Shown piece by piece: positions 42,619 through 52,545 of a stretch of DNA of 64,000 bases. Under the pieces are notes generated by a model. The model was not told where the DNA came from. It saw nothing but the letters and a program-made list of their open reading frames with translations, and did not search any database. Source of the stretch: Clostridia bacterium (GTDB lineage: Bacteria; Bacillota; Clostridia; Oscillospirales; CAG-382); assembly GCA_017466805.1 (NCBI GenBank), contig JAFTTN010000063.1:7156-71155 (forward strand), given 5' to 3'. Position numbers and translations under genes: made by a program. The first letter of the stretch is position 1. Each line of letters starts with the position of its first letter.

Positions 42619-45003
42619 TTACTTTTTGATTTTGAGTTCGAGAACGGTAACGCCCAAATCGCCCTCGCCGTATCTGCCGGAGCGGAAGCTGCGTATACGC
42701 GCTTTATCCTGGCGGAAGAACTGCCAAAGTGCTGCGCGAAGCGCACCCGTGCCTTTACCGTGGATAACGTAGACGGTTTCGTGACCCGCAAGGATAGCAT
42801 CTTCTAAATAGCGGTCGATTATAAACCAAGCGTCATCACCGGTATTGCCGCGAACGTCGATTTCGTTTTTGACGGCGGAAACGCTATGTGTATATTGCGC
42901 CCTGCCTTTTTCTTTTTTCTGCTTTTCGACGGCTGCCGCATTGGCAAGGAGGCGGATATTTTTGATATTCGTCTTGGTTTCCAGCCTGCCCATTGCGCAG
43001 AAAACGGTATCGCCCGAAATGCTTTTTACAACCGCTTCTTTGCCTATATCGGCAAGAAGAACCTTATCGCCTATTTGAAGCGGGCGCGGAAGAGTATAGT
43101 TATCCTCCTCGACTTCGAATTCCTCGATATCGGAGATGGCGGCAGAGGTATCCTTTAGATTTTGGCGGACTGCCTTGCGTGCTTCCTCGATACGAGCGAG
43201 CTCGAGGCGTTTTGCATCAGCTTTTTTGAGCTCGTTTAGCTCTTCGAACACCTGATTGCTTGTTTTTTTAGCGGCATCGAGTATACGCTGTGCCTGTGCA
43301 CGAGCTCGGTCGAGCTCGGCTTCGGCGCGTTCTTGCATTTCCTTTGCCTGCTTTTCGGCTTCGGCACGTATCTTTAATGCTTCTGCACGGGCGCGTTCGG
43401 ATTCCGAGCGTTCTTTACGAAGATCCTGCTCGGTTTCCTCCAAGCGAACGATGACGTCCTCGAAGCGAATATTATCCTCGGCAAGAAGCTCCTTTGCCCT
43501 TGCGATAACGCTTTCGTCCATACCCAATCGAAGCGAGATTTCGAAAGCGTTACTTCTGCCGGGTATACCGGTTATAAGGCGATACGTCGGCTTTAGAGTT
43601 GCAAGGTCGAATTCGCAGGAGGCATTAAGCACGCCTTCGGTATCGAGCGCGTATATTTTAATTTCCGAATAGTGTGTCGTTGCGGCTACTATTGCACCCG
43701 AGGCACGAACGCGCTCCAATATTGCGATAGCGAGAGACGCACCTTCGGTTGGGTCGGTACCCGCACCGAGCTCATCGAACAGCACGAGCGTACCTTTACC
43801 GCATTCCTTTAAAATCGAAACAACGTTAACCATATGCGAAGAGAAGGTAGAAAGCGATTGCTCGATGCTTTGCTCATCGCCGATATCGGCAAGAACGCCG
43901 TTGAAGGTGGGAAGAGTGCTTCCGTCGTCTGCGGGAATATACAGACCGCTTTGAGCCATTAACGCAAGCAAGCCGAGTGTTTTTAGCGTTACGGTTTTAC
44001 CGCCGGTATTAGGGCCGGTAATTATAAGTGCGTTATCCCTTTCGCCGAATTCGACCGAAATCGGAACTACCTTGCTTTTGGGTATAAGCGGATGGCGTGC
44101 ACGGACAAGGCGGATAGAGCTTGCGTTCGTTTTTGGACGTATGCCCGAAATATCCGAGGAATACGAGGCGCGCGCAAATATTACGTCGAGGTCGGTTATG
44201 ACCTTGAAATCGACACGAATAATATTTGCGATACCGGCAACCTTTACCGAAAGCTCGGAAAGGATTTTTTCGATTTCTTCGGTTTCCCTGCCCTTTAGCT
44301 CGCGCAGCTTATTGTTCGCTTCGATAACCGCCATCGGCTCGATAAAAAGGGTTTGTCCCGAAGCCGAGGAATCGTGAACCAAGCCCTTGATTTCGTTTTT
44401 ATGCTCGGAGCGCACGGGAATAACGTATCTGCCCGAGCGAATAGTAACGACAGCATCGCGAAGATATTTTGAATTTTCACCGGTGGTAAGGTTCGAAAGA
44501 ATTGTGCGAACGCTATCCTCGGCACGACGGATATCGCGGCGGATACGGTAAAGCTCGGGCGAGGCATCGTCGGCTATAGTATCTTCGCCGATTATTTTCA
44601 TATCGATTTCCTCGGCAAGAGCGCGGGATTCGGTAAGCGACGAGAAATACGGATAAAGCGCGGGAATTTCCTTGCCCTCGGGATATTTTTTCACCGAGCC
44701 GACCGCGCGCAGCATTGAAGCGATATTTATAAGCTCTATCGGTGTGAGCGTTGCGCCCTTTTCGGCACGGTCTGCGGAATCGACAACGCCTTCGGGCGCG
44801 GAAAAGCCGGGTTTCCCCTTCATAACCAGCAAATCGAGTGCTTGCTCGGTTTCATCAAGCAGGCGCGAAATAATGACAGAATCGGTTTCGGGAATTGTTT
44901 CGGCAAGCTTTTTTCTTGCAGCCGCAGTGGTAGCAAAGCTTGAAGCGTAGCCGATTATTTTATCGTATTCAAGTATGGTTTTTGCTTTAGTAAAGCCTTT
45001 CAT
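42619..45003 (-). CDS. mutS2: endonuclease MutS2 (with Smr domain)
   Basis: GPNTGGKT Walker A and a C-terminal Smr domain (VIHGKGTGALR). 794 aa. Confidence 0.9.
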   Translation of the reverse strand: MKGFTKAKTILEYDKIIGYASSFATTAAARKKLAETIPETDSVIISRLLDETEQALDLLVMKGKPGFSAPEGVVDSADRAEKGATLTPIELINIASMLRAVGSVKKYPEGKEIPALYPYFSSLTESRALAEEIDMKIIGEDTIADDASPELYRIRRDIRRAEDSVRTILSNLTTGENSKYLRDAVVTIRSGRYVIPVRSEHKNEIKGLVHDSSASGQTLFIEPMAVIEANNKLRELKGRETEEIEKILSELSVKVAGIANIIRVDFKVITDLDVIFARASYSSDISGIRPKTNASSIRLVRARHPLIPKSKVVPISVEFGERDNALIITGPNTGGKTVTLKTLGLLALMAQSGLYIPADDGSTLPTFNGVLADIGDEQSIEQSLSTFSSHMVNVVSILKECGKGTLVLFDELGAGTDPTEGASLAIAILERVRASGAIVAATTHYSEIKIYALDTEGVLNASCEFDLATLKPTYRLITGIPGRSNAFEISLRLGMDESVIARAKELLAEDNIRFEDVIVRLEETEQDLRKERSESERARAEALKIRAEAEKQAKEMQERAEAELDRARAQAQRILDAAKKTSNQVFEELNELKKADAKRLELARIEEARKAVRQNLKDTSAAISDIEEFEVEEDNYTLPRPLQIGDKVLLADIGKEAVVKSISGDTVFCAMGRLETKTNIKNIRLLANAAAVEKQKKEKGRAQYTHSVSAVKNEIDVRGNTGDDAWFIIDRYLEDAILAGHETVYVIHGKGTGALRAALWQFFRQDKARIRSFRSGRYGEGDLGVTVLELKIKK

Positions 45004-45752
45004 TGAAGTTCCTCACAATGTTTATAAAAGGAAAGTGTTTTGAACCCCCGTTCCGCACGCGCAAGCAAAAAGCGTTCGGCTACACCCGAAAGAACAGCCT
45101 CGTCGCTTTGGCTTATACGGAAGGAAAGAAAACGCGCAAGCTCGGATTCGGTTATATGCGCAATAGCCTTTCCGACGGCATTCGGAAGCCTTATATAATC
45201 GTTTCCCGCAGTAGCACAATCACGGCAGAGCGCAACACCGCCAACGATGCTGAACAAAAAATCGTCGTTGCCGAGCTCGCTGCCGCATTCGGCGCAAAAA
45301 GCGGTTTCGGGAAGAAAGCCGCATTCGGCACAAAGCCTTATTTCGAAGCACGATTTAATGAGCGCACGGCTTGACAGCTTGTTTTCGAGAGCATACAAAG
45401 AGTTCAAAAGCAATCTTAAAATACTTGCGGATTCTTCGCCCGGTATCGAGAAAGAAGAAGCTGCTTCGCAAAGATAGCAAGCGAGAGAATAATCCTTTAT
45501 ATCCTTGCGCAGAGAATAAAAGTCCGCAATGAGAGCGGCTTCAACCAAAGTATAGAAGCCGTTTTTTTCGTATAAAAGCATATTTGAAAAGGCAAACTGC
45601 TGTGCGCATTTTAAATAGGGCGACGAAAGCTTACGCACCCCTTTTGCGTTTACGGTTATTACACCGAGGTTCGAGGTAAGAACGGTTAGCAGCCTGCTCG
45701 TTTCACCCTTTGGGATTTCGCGTATGACGATACCTTTAAGCTTATGATGCAT
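45000..45752 (-). CDS. recO: DNA repair protein RecO
   Basis: 250 aa with an OB-fold N-terminus and a CxxC...CxxC zinc motif. Sits in the era-recO context. Confidence 0.8.
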   Translation of the reverse strand: MHHKLKGIVIREIPKGETSRLLTVLTSNLGVITVNAKGVRKLSSPYLKCAQQFAFSNMLLYEKNGFYTLVEAALIADFYSLRKDIKDYSLACYLCEAASSFSIPGEESASILRLLLNSLYALENKLSSRALIKSCFEIRLCAECGFLPETAFCAECGSELGNDDFLFSIVGGVALCRDCATAGNDYIRLPNAVGKAIAHITESELARFLSFRISQSDEAVLSGVAERFLLARAERGFKTLSFYKHCEELQ

Positions 45753-46642
45753 TATTCAAGCTCATCCTTAAAGCCGAAATCCGAAAGGAAGGATGGGCGG
45801 TCGCGCCAATTTTCCTTTACCTTTACCCAAAGGTCCAAGAAAACCTTCGTTTCGAAGAGAGCTTCGGCATCCTCGCGAGCGTAGGATCCGATTTTTTTGA
45901 GCATCGCTCCGTTTTTGCCGATAATTATACGTTTATGCGATTCGCGCTCGCAATAGATTTCGGCACGGACCGAAAGCAAGCCCTTCTTTTCCTTGAATTC
46001 CTCTACCGAAACGGCAACGCCATGGGGTATTTCGTCATCGAGAAGGCGAAGCACCTTTTCGCGTATGATTTCGGCAAAAATCTTTCGTTCGGGCTGGTCG
46101 GTAATATAATCCTCGGGAAAGAAATGAACGCTTTCGGTAAGCAGAGGCTCGAGCTCATCAAGAATATATTCGACACCGTCGCCGTTCAATGCGGAAACGG
46201 GTACTACCGCATGGAATTTATAGCGGTTGGAAAGCTCCATAATCTGTTCGGCAAGCTTAACCTTGTTTGCGCGGTCGGTTTTATTGATTACAAGTATAAC
46301 GTCCATACCCGAAGCGTTATATTTATCGAGCGCAGACACCTCGTTGGGATTAAGCTCGGTGCAGGCTTCGACGACGAAAAGGACGATATCCGAAGAATCC
46401 GCAACGTTGCCGACAGATTTCATCATATATTCGCCGAGCAGGGTTTTGGGCTTATGAAGACCGGGGGTATCGGTAAACACGTATTGATTTTCGCCCTTTG
46501 TTAGTACGCCGGTAATTCGGTTACGCGTGGTTTGCGGCTTACGCGAAACGATAGCAACCTTTTCGCCGAGAAGTGTGTTTAAAAGCGTGCTTTTGCCAAC
46601 GTTGGGCTTGCCCGCTATCATTATAAATGCTGTTTTAGTCAT
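45752..46642 (-). CDS. era: GTPase Era
   Basis: GKPNVGKST, DTPG and NKTD motifs with a KH C-terminus. Confidence 0.9.
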   Translation of the reverse strand: MTKTAFIMIAGKPNVGKSTLLNTLLGEKVAIVSRKPQTTRNRITGVLTKGENQYVFTDTPGLHKPKTLLGEYMMKSVGNVADSSDIVLFVVEACTELNPNEVSALDKYNASGMDVILVINKTDRANKVKLAEQIMELSNRYKFHAVVPVSALNGDGVEYILDELEPLLTESVHFFPEDYITDQPERKIFAEIIREKVLRLLDDEIPHGVAVSVEEFKEKKGLLSVRAEIYCERESHKRIIIGKNGAMLKKIGSYAREDAEALFETKVFLDLWVKVKENWRDRPSFLSDFGFKDELE

Positions 46643-46644
46643 AA

Positions 46645-47091
46645 TTACCTCTTTATTCCGAGTTGATCAAGTATTTCGCGCTGTTTGGCTTCCATTTCTT
46701 CCCTTTCGGATTCGGTTTCGTGGTCGTAGCCCAAAAGGTGAAGAGCCGAATGTGCGGCAAGGAAGCAGAATTCACGCTTGGGTGAATGACCGTATTCCTT
46801 CGCCTGACTGTAGGCGGTATCGCGCGAGATGATTATATCGCCGAGAAGTGTCATAACGTTTGGGGTTTCGAAATCGAGAAACGGGAAGGAAAGAACGTCG
46901 GTAGGTCGATCGATGCCGCGGTGCTCGTTATTGATTTCCCTTATCGTTTCATCGTCGCACACGGTTACGTTGACTTCGAAGCGGTGGTTCGGGTAATGCT
47001 CGGTAACGGCTTTGCGTATTACCCTTTTCATAAGCGTTTCATAAAGCTTTGGGATAGGTTCTGTTTGTATATCGAAATAAATTCTTATCAT
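46645..47091 (-). CDS. ybeY: rRNA maturation endoribonuclease YbeY
   Basis: HSALHLLGYDH zinc motif. Confidence 0.9.
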   Translation of the reverse strand: MIRIYFDIQTEPIPKLYETLMKRVIRKAVTEHYPNHRFEVNVTVCDDETIREINNEHRGIDRPTDVLSFPFLDFETPNVMTLLGDIIISRDTAYSQAKEYGHSPKREFCFLAAHSALHLLGYDHETESEREEMEAKQREILDQLGIKR

Positions 47092-48107
47092 TCCTTGGGT
47101 CTCCTTTTAAACGCTTCGCGGCGCGGGCGGTCGTTTTCGTTTTTCTGCCCTTGCTCGCGGTTACGTTTTTCGTATGCCAAAATAATCTTTTGAACGAGAG
47201 GGTGACGCACGACGTCCTTATGTGTAAAGCGGAAAATACAAATACCCTTGATATCCTCGAGTATTTCGAGTGCATCGATAAGTCCGCTTTTGCGCAGATA
47301 CGGAAGGTCTACCTGCGTTATATCGCCGGTGATTATCGCTTTACTGTTATTTCCAAGACGAGTGAGAAACATTTTCATTTGCTCGGGAGTGGTATTTTGA
47401 GCTTCGTCGAGGATTATAAAGGCATCGTCAAGCGTTCTGCCGCGCATATATGCAAGCGGAACTATTTCGATTATTCCCTTTTCGCCGCAGTTGCGGAAGC
47501 TTTCGTTGCCGAGCATTTCGCCCAACGCATCGTAAAGTGGGCGAAGGTATGGGTCGATTTTGCTTTGAAGATCGCCGGGGAGGAAGCCGAGCTTTTCGCC
47601 TGCTTCTACGGCAGGTCTTGTAAGAACGATTTTTGAAACCTGCTTTTTCTTAAGAGCGTTTACCGCCATTGCAACCGCAAGAAAGGTTTTGCCGGTACCT
47701 GCGGGGCCTACGCCGAAAACTATGGTATTATTGTTAATTGCATCGACGTACTTTTGCTGTCCTACGGTTTTTGCCTTTATAGGCTTGCCTTTATTGGTAA
47801 GACAGATACAATCGTTATAAATCGCACCAAGCTCGTTTTGCTTTTCCTCGCGCACCATTGTTATAACGTAGTTAATGGTATTTTCATCGATGCTTTCGGA
47901 GGTGCGGCTGACGCGCTCGAGCTGCTCTATACAAGACGCTGCAAGATTAACGTCGTTTGCATTCTCGCCGGATATTTTGATAACGCCTTCACGTGCGACG
48001 ACCGACACCGAAAAAGCTGTTTCTATATTTTCTATATTTCCATCGAGTGTACCGAAAAGCTTTAGCACAAAATCTATTGACAAATCCTGAATTGATTTTT
48101 CGAACAT
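47088..48107 (-). CDS. phoH: PhoH-family ATPase
   Basis: GPAGTGKTFLA motif. Start at the ATG (MFEKS) 8 nt after GGAGC, because the promoter -10 lies only ~15 nt before the track's ATG. Confidence 0.85.
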   Translation of the reverse strand: MFEKSIQDLSIDFVLKLFGTLDGNIENIETAFSVSVVAREGVIKISGENANDVNLAASCIEQLERVSRTSESIDENTINYVITMVREEKQNELGAIYNDCICLTNKGKPIKAKTVGQQKYVDAINNNTIVFGVGPAGTGKTFLAVAMAVNALKKKQVSKIVLTRPAVEAGEKLGFLPGDLQSKIDPYLRPLYDALGEMLGNESFRNCGEKGIIEIVPLAYMRGRTLDDAFIILDEAQNTTPEQMKMFLTRLGNNSKAIITGDITQVDLPYLRKSGLIDALEILEDIKGICIFRFTHKDVVRHPLVQKIILAYEKRNREQGQKNENDRPRREAFKRRPKE

Positions 48108-48148
48108 TACTTTTGCTCCATTCGCATTTAGCATACTTATACAAATGT

Positions 48149-48177
48149 ATTATACCACAGTATTTCCTGCTTGTCAA
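48149..48177 (-). promoter_or_regulatory. sigma-A promoter of the phoH-ybeY-era-recO-mutS2 operon
   Basis: TTGACA, 17 nt, TATAAT, with a TG extended -10. Confidence 0.6.
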
Positions 48178-48185
48178 AATATATC

Positions 48186-48214
48186 TTGACTAAATAGTAT
48201 TTTTTTGTTACAAT
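48186..48214 (+). promoter_or_regulatory. sigma-A promoter of the solute-binding protein (SBP) gene
   Basis: TTGACT, 17 nt, TACAAT. Confidence 0.55.
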
Positions 48215-48268
48215 ACAAATTATGAATAATAGGGCGAGTACGCGCCCGAACAAATATGGAGGAATATT

Positions 48269-49777
48269 ATGAAAAAAGCAACACGCATTTTAGCCCTGCT
48301 TATTATGCTTTGCCTTACCGTTATGGCTGTTTCCGCCTGCAACGGCGAAGAAGCAAACGAAAGCAGCACAAGCTCCGAAACCTCGGCTAAAAAAGAGCTG
48401 TTCTCTACCCTTCCCGACAAGGATTACGACGGAACTTCGGTTACCGTGCTCGTAGAGGGTGACTGGCGCGGCGACTATCAGTCGGTTGAAGTTACCGCAC
48501 ACGAAAATTCTCCCGAGCTTCTTAACGACAAGGTTAAGCAGCGTAACGAATTGGTAGAAAGCAAATTCAACGTAAAGATTGAAGAAGTTACCACCACTAA
48601 CGATCAGCAGATGGTTACGCTCGTACGTAACGCAGTTATGTCCAACACAGCCGATTACGATATCGTTATGCCCTACATCACCGATGCTGCAACTCTCGCA
48701 CTCGAGGATTCGTTCTATTTGATTAACGATATGGAATATATCGATCTCGAAAACGACTGCTGGGACAGCAACGCAACCAAGAGCCTTTCGATTAACAACA
48801 AGAACTATTTCGTTACCGGCGACATAAGCCTTCTTTCTTTGGCTTGCACCCACGCAATCGTTTTCAACAAGGACCTTATCAGCAAGAACGGTATGGAAAA
48901 TCCTTATGACCTTGTTAACGAAGGCAAGTGGACTATCGACAAGCTTAAAGAAATGGCAAGAAAAGTAACTGCCGATATCGACGGCACCACCGGTATGTCT
49001 CACAAGGACAGATACGGCTTCCTTATTAACAACAACTTCGTTACCTCGATGTACGTCGGCTCCGGTCACAATCTTACCGGCAAGGATGCCAACGACCTTC
49101 CTTACATTTCTATCATTGACGAAGCTACCACCGCATTCCCTATTTTCGAAAAGATTTTCGAATTGGTTAACGACACCACCGCTACCGGTCAGATCGACAA
49201 CACCACCGGTTCCTACTACACCTCTGCTATCGCAGACGGTTCGAGCGTTTGGGACGTTGCCACCGAATCGGTTGCAAACGACCTTGCTCTCTTCCGCGCT
49301 ATGGCTATTATCGATATCATAGACCTTGGCGAATACGACTGCAACTTCGGTATCCTTCCTATTCCCAAGTACAACGAGCAACAGGATAATTATCACTCGC
49401 TCGTATCCACGATTTATGCAACCTCTGTTGCTATTCCCGTTTCTGCGGCTGATCCCGAAATGTCTTCGATCGTTGCACAGGCTATGTGTGAAGCTTCGAC
49501 CGACACCACCAAGGATGCTTACGTTGAAGTAATTCTTAAGCTTCGTAAGATTCAGGACAACGAAAGCGAAGCAATGCTTGACAAGATCTTTGCAGAGCGT
49601 GTATACGACCTCGGTATTATTTACAACTGGGGCGGCTCGACCGACGCAACCAAGTCTGTAGGCAGCTTTATGAACAACATCGCGTTCAGCGGCACCCAGA
49701 CCTTTGCTTCCACTCTTGAAAGCATTACCGACGTCGTTGAAGCAGATCTTCAGAAGACTTTGGAAACCTTTGAATAA
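48269..49777 (+). CDS. ABC-transporter extracellular solute-binding lipoprotein (sugar-type family 1-like)
   Basis: Lipobox VSAC. 502 aa with an SBP-like composition. No permease or ATPase gene is adjacent. Confidence 0.65.
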   Translation: MKKATRILALLIMLCLTVMAVSACNGEEANESSTSSETSAKKELFSTLPDKDYDGTSVTVLVEGDWRGDYQSVEVTAHENSPELLNDKVKQRNELVESKFNVKIEEVTTTNDQQMVTLVRNAVMSNTADYDIVMPYITDAATLALEDSFYLINDMEYIDLENDCWDSNATKSLSINNKNYFVTGDISLLSLACTHAIVFNKDLISKNGMENPYDLVNEGKWTIDKLKEMARKVTADIDGTTGMSHKDRYGFLINNNFVTSMYVGSGHNLTGKDANDLPYISIIDEATTAFPIFEKIFELVNDTTATGQIDNTTGSYYTSAIADGSSVWDVATESVANDLALFRAMAIIDIIDLGEYDCNFGILPIPKYNEQQDNYHSLVSTIYATSVAIPVSAADPEMSSIVAQAMCEASTDTTKDAYVEVILKLRKIQDNESEAMLDKIFAERVYDLGIIYNWGGSTDATKSVGSFMNNIAFSGTQTFASTLESITDVVEADLQKTLETFE

Positions 49778-49795
49778 TATATAGTTAAATTGACG

Positions 49796-49826
49796 AAAAA
49801 GGTCTGCTTTACGCAGACCTTTTTTA
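49796..49826 (+). terminator. intrinsic terminator
   Basis: AAAAAGGTCTGC-tttac-GCAGACCTTTTTT. Confidence 0.75.
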
Positions 49827-49916
49827 TATTGCAAAACTGCGTTGTTTACAATTTGTTCATACATTATAAGTCGATTTATGGTATCCTTAAGTATATTTTG
49901 TTTATGAGGTGTATTT

Positions 49917-51155
49917 ATGAGAAACATCGAGTATTTATACAACGTTGACAGCGAAATTGCTTCCGCTATCGACAGTGAGCTTAAGCGCCAAAAGCGCAAT
50001 ATCGAGCTTATCGCAAGCGAAAATATAGTTAGCGAAGGCGTTCTCGCAGCTGCGGGCACTATTCTTACCAACAAGTATGCAGAAGGCTATCCCGGACGCA
50101 GATACTACGGTGGATGTGAGGAGGTAGACAAGGTTGAAGCTATCGCTATCGAACGCGCGAAGAAGCTTTTCGGTGCAGAGCACGCCAACGTTCAGCCCCA
50201 CTGCGGCGCGAGTGCAAACCTTGCAACGTTTTTTGCATTCCTTCAGCCCGGCGACACGGTTATGGGTATGAATCTTGCGCACGGCGGCCACCTTTCGCAC
50301 GGCTCGCCTGTTAATATTTCGGGTAAATATTTCAACGTTGTTCCCTACGGTGTTGATTCCGAAACACACAGAATAGATTACGACAAAATGGAAGCGATCG
50401 CTATCGAATGCCAGCCCAAGATGATAGTTGTGGGCGCAAGCGCTTATCCGAGAGTTATTGATTTTAAGCGTTGCAGAGAGATTGCCGACAGAGTCGGTGC
50501 GATTCTTATGGTCGATATGGCGCACATCGCAGGTCTTGTTGCTGCAGGACAGCATCCCAGCCCCGTCCCCTATGCAGACGTAGTTACCACCACCACTCAC
50601 AAAACCCTTCGCGGTCCGAGAGGCGGTCTTATCCTTTGCAAGGAACAGTACGCAAAACAGATCGACAAAGCGATTTTCCCCGGCACGCAGGGCGGTCCTC
50701 TTGAGCACATCATTGCGGCAAAGGCTGTTGCTTTCGGCGAAGCGCTTACCGATGAATTCAAGTCTTATCAGGCACAGATCGTTAAGAATGCAAAGGCACT
50801 TGAAATTGCACTAAAGGAAGAAGGCTTCGACCTCGTTTCCGGCGGTACCGATAACCATTTGCTTCTTATCGACCTTCGCAGCATGGGCGTTACAGGCAAG
50901 GAGCTCGAGCACAATCTTGACGAAGTTCATATCACCGTTAACAAGAATGCGATTCCCGACGATCCTCAGAAGCCTACTATCACCAGCGGTATTCGCGTAG
51001 GCACTCCCGCTGTAACCTCGCGCGGTTTCAAGGAAGAGGATATGAAGACGATTGCAAAGCTTATCAAGCTTACCGCAACCGATCTTGAAAACAGCCGCGA
51101 TTACATTATTTCCGAGGTAGACAAGCTTTGCACAAAGTATCCCATATATGAATGA
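49917..51155 (+). CDS. glyA: serine hydroxymethyltransferase
   Basis: Typical SHMT sequence ([17 protein letters not shown]-Lys motif). Confidence 0.95.
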   Translation: MRNIEYLYNVDSEIASAIDSELKRQKRNIELIASENIVSEGVLAAAGTILTNKYAEGYPGRRYYGGCEEVDKVEAIAIERAKKLFGAEHANVQPHCGASANLATFFAFLQPGDTVMGMNLAHGGHLSHGSPVNISGKYFNVVPYGVDSETHRIDYDKMEAIAIECQPKMIVVGASAYPRVIDFKRCREIADRVGAILMVDMAHIAGLVAAGQHPSPVPYADVVTTTTHKTLRGPRGGLILCKEQYAKQIDKAIFPGTQGGPLEHIIAAKAVAFGEALTDEFKSYQAQIVKNAKALEIALKEEGFDLVSGGTDNHLLLIDLRSMGVTGKELEHNLDEVHITVNKNAIPDDPQKPTITSGIRVGTPAVTSRGFKEEDMKTIAKLIKLTATDLENSRDYIISEVDKLCTKYPIYE

Positions 51156-51591
51156 TTTGAAAATTATTGCATATATCGAGCTTCCCGAGGACGCTGTTGA
51201 GATACGCAAAGAGGTTTTTGTAGAAGAACAGGGCTTTATCGAAGAATTTGACGTTGACGATAACGATGCAGTGCATCTTGTTGCGTTTATCGGCGAAAAA
51301 CCCGTGGCGAGCTGCAGGATCATTACAAAGGACAAACAAAATTATATGATCGGCAGAATCGCCGTGCGAAAGGAACACCGCAAAAAAGGCATTGGCGCCG
51401 AAATAGTAAAAGCCGCAGAAACAGTAATTACTCAGTGGAAAATCCATTACAAGCTCGGCGATACCGTAAGCGTTTATATTCATTCGCAGATGCAGGCAGT
51501 TCCCTTTTATGAAAAGATCGGATATATTTCAACAGGAAAAACCGATTACGAGCAAGACTGTCCGCATTTAATGCTAAAAAAAGAAATATAA
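51148..51591 (+). CDS. GNAT-family N-acetyltransferase
   Basis: [18 protein letters not shown] motif. 8-nt overlap with glyA. Confidence 0.75.
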   Translation: MNDLKIIAYIELPEDAVEIRKEVFVEEQGFIEEFDVDDNDAVHLVAFIGEKPVASCRIITKDKQNYMIGRIAVRKEHRKKGIGAEIVKAAETVITQWKIHYKLGDTVSVYIHSQMQAVPFYEKIGYISTGKTDYEQDCPHLMLKKEI

Positions 51592-51595
51592 AATT

Positions 51596-51630
51596 ATACC
51601 TCCCATTTTTCGTGGGAGGTATGTTTATTC
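51596..51630 (+). terminator. intrinsic terminator
   Basis: ATACCTCCCA-tttttcg-TGGGAGGTAT followed by GTTTATT. Confidence 0.7.
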
Positions 51631-51659
51631 TTGACATACTGATATTTAAAATATATAAT
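51631..51659 (+). promoter_or_regulatory. sigma-A promoter
   Basis: TTGACA, 17 nt, TATAAT. Confidence 0.6.
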
Positions 51660-51703
51660 CAAAATATAATCAATTTCTAATACAAACCAACGAGGTGAAA
51701 CAG

Positions 51704-52522
51704 ATGCAGATTGCATTTTCGGGGAAATTAGGAAGCGGAAAATCGACCGTTTGCGCGATACTTAAAGAAAAATACGGATATGAAATATACAGCACCGGCA
51801 CTATTCAGCGCAAGGTTGCCGAGGAAATGGGCATTTCGACGCTTGAACTGAATAAAAGAATGGCAGAAGACCCATCGTTAGACCATATTATCGATGATGC
51901 GGTGGCGAAGCTCTCACGCGAACGCAAGGGTGACAAGCTTATATACGACTCCAGAATGGCTTGGCATTTTGCAGAAAGCACGTTTAAGGTATATATGTAT
52001 GTCGACCCAACCGTTGCGGCAAAGCGCGTTACAGCAGCCGACAGGGGCAACGTAGAGAAATACGAAAGCGTTGAAGAAGCGCGTGAAATGCTTATTGCGC
52101 GCAGTTTGGAAGAAAACAAGCGTTTTAAAGACATTTACGGCGTTGACAATTTCGATTACGGCAACTACGATCTTATAGTAGATTCCACCTCTGCCACCCC
52201 CGAGCAGATTGCAGAAACGATAGTTACGCAGGCAGAGCTTTTTGAAAAAGAGCCTTTCCGCGAAACTAAGATATTCTTATCGCCCTACGTACTCTTCCCC
52301 ACCAAGCCGTTTGGAACCGACGACGGCGAAAGCATAAAGGTCGCTTTAAAATACGGTTTACATTACGTTATTAGCGGGCACGGTAAGCTTTCCGCGTTAC
52401 AGTGCGGAAAAGCAAGTCTTGTCGAAGCATCGTTATGTAACGCAGAATTTGAGAGCAACAAAGATTACATCGACGAGTATGAGGCCGCAGGCGGTTTTAT
52501 TTACGAAAGCAAGCCCGAATAA
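51704..52522 (+). CDS. cytidylate-kinase-like P-loop protein with an extra ~90-aa C-terminal domain
   Basis: GKLGSGKST P-loop and a CMP-kinase-like N-terminal ~185 aa. The C-terminal ..ALKYGLHYVISGHGKLSALQCG.. domain is of uncertain type. Confidence 0.6.
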   Translation: MQIAFSGKLGSGKSTVCAILKEKYGYEIYSTGTIQRKVAEEMGISTLELNKRMAEDPSLDHIIDDAVAKLSRERKGDKLIYDSRMAWHFAESTFKVYMYVDPTVAAKRVTAADRGNVEKYESVEEAREMLIARSLEENKRFKDIYGVDNFDYGNYDLIVDSTSATPEQIAETIVTQAELFEKEPFRETKIFLSPYVLFPTKPFGTDDGESIKVALKYGLHYVISGHGKLSALQCGKASLVEASLCNAEFESNKDYIDEYEAAGGFIYESKPE

Positions 52523-52545
52523 ATATTTGAATGATGGTGAACGTT

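Noticed and set aside
48290-50074. 594-aa minus-strand ORF, the longest of several long antisense ORFs
   Set aside because: It lies antisense to the solute-binding protein gene. It is V/N/G/R-rich low-information sequence with no RBS or motif, a typical shadow ORF of a gene whose codon usage leaves the opposite strand free of stops.
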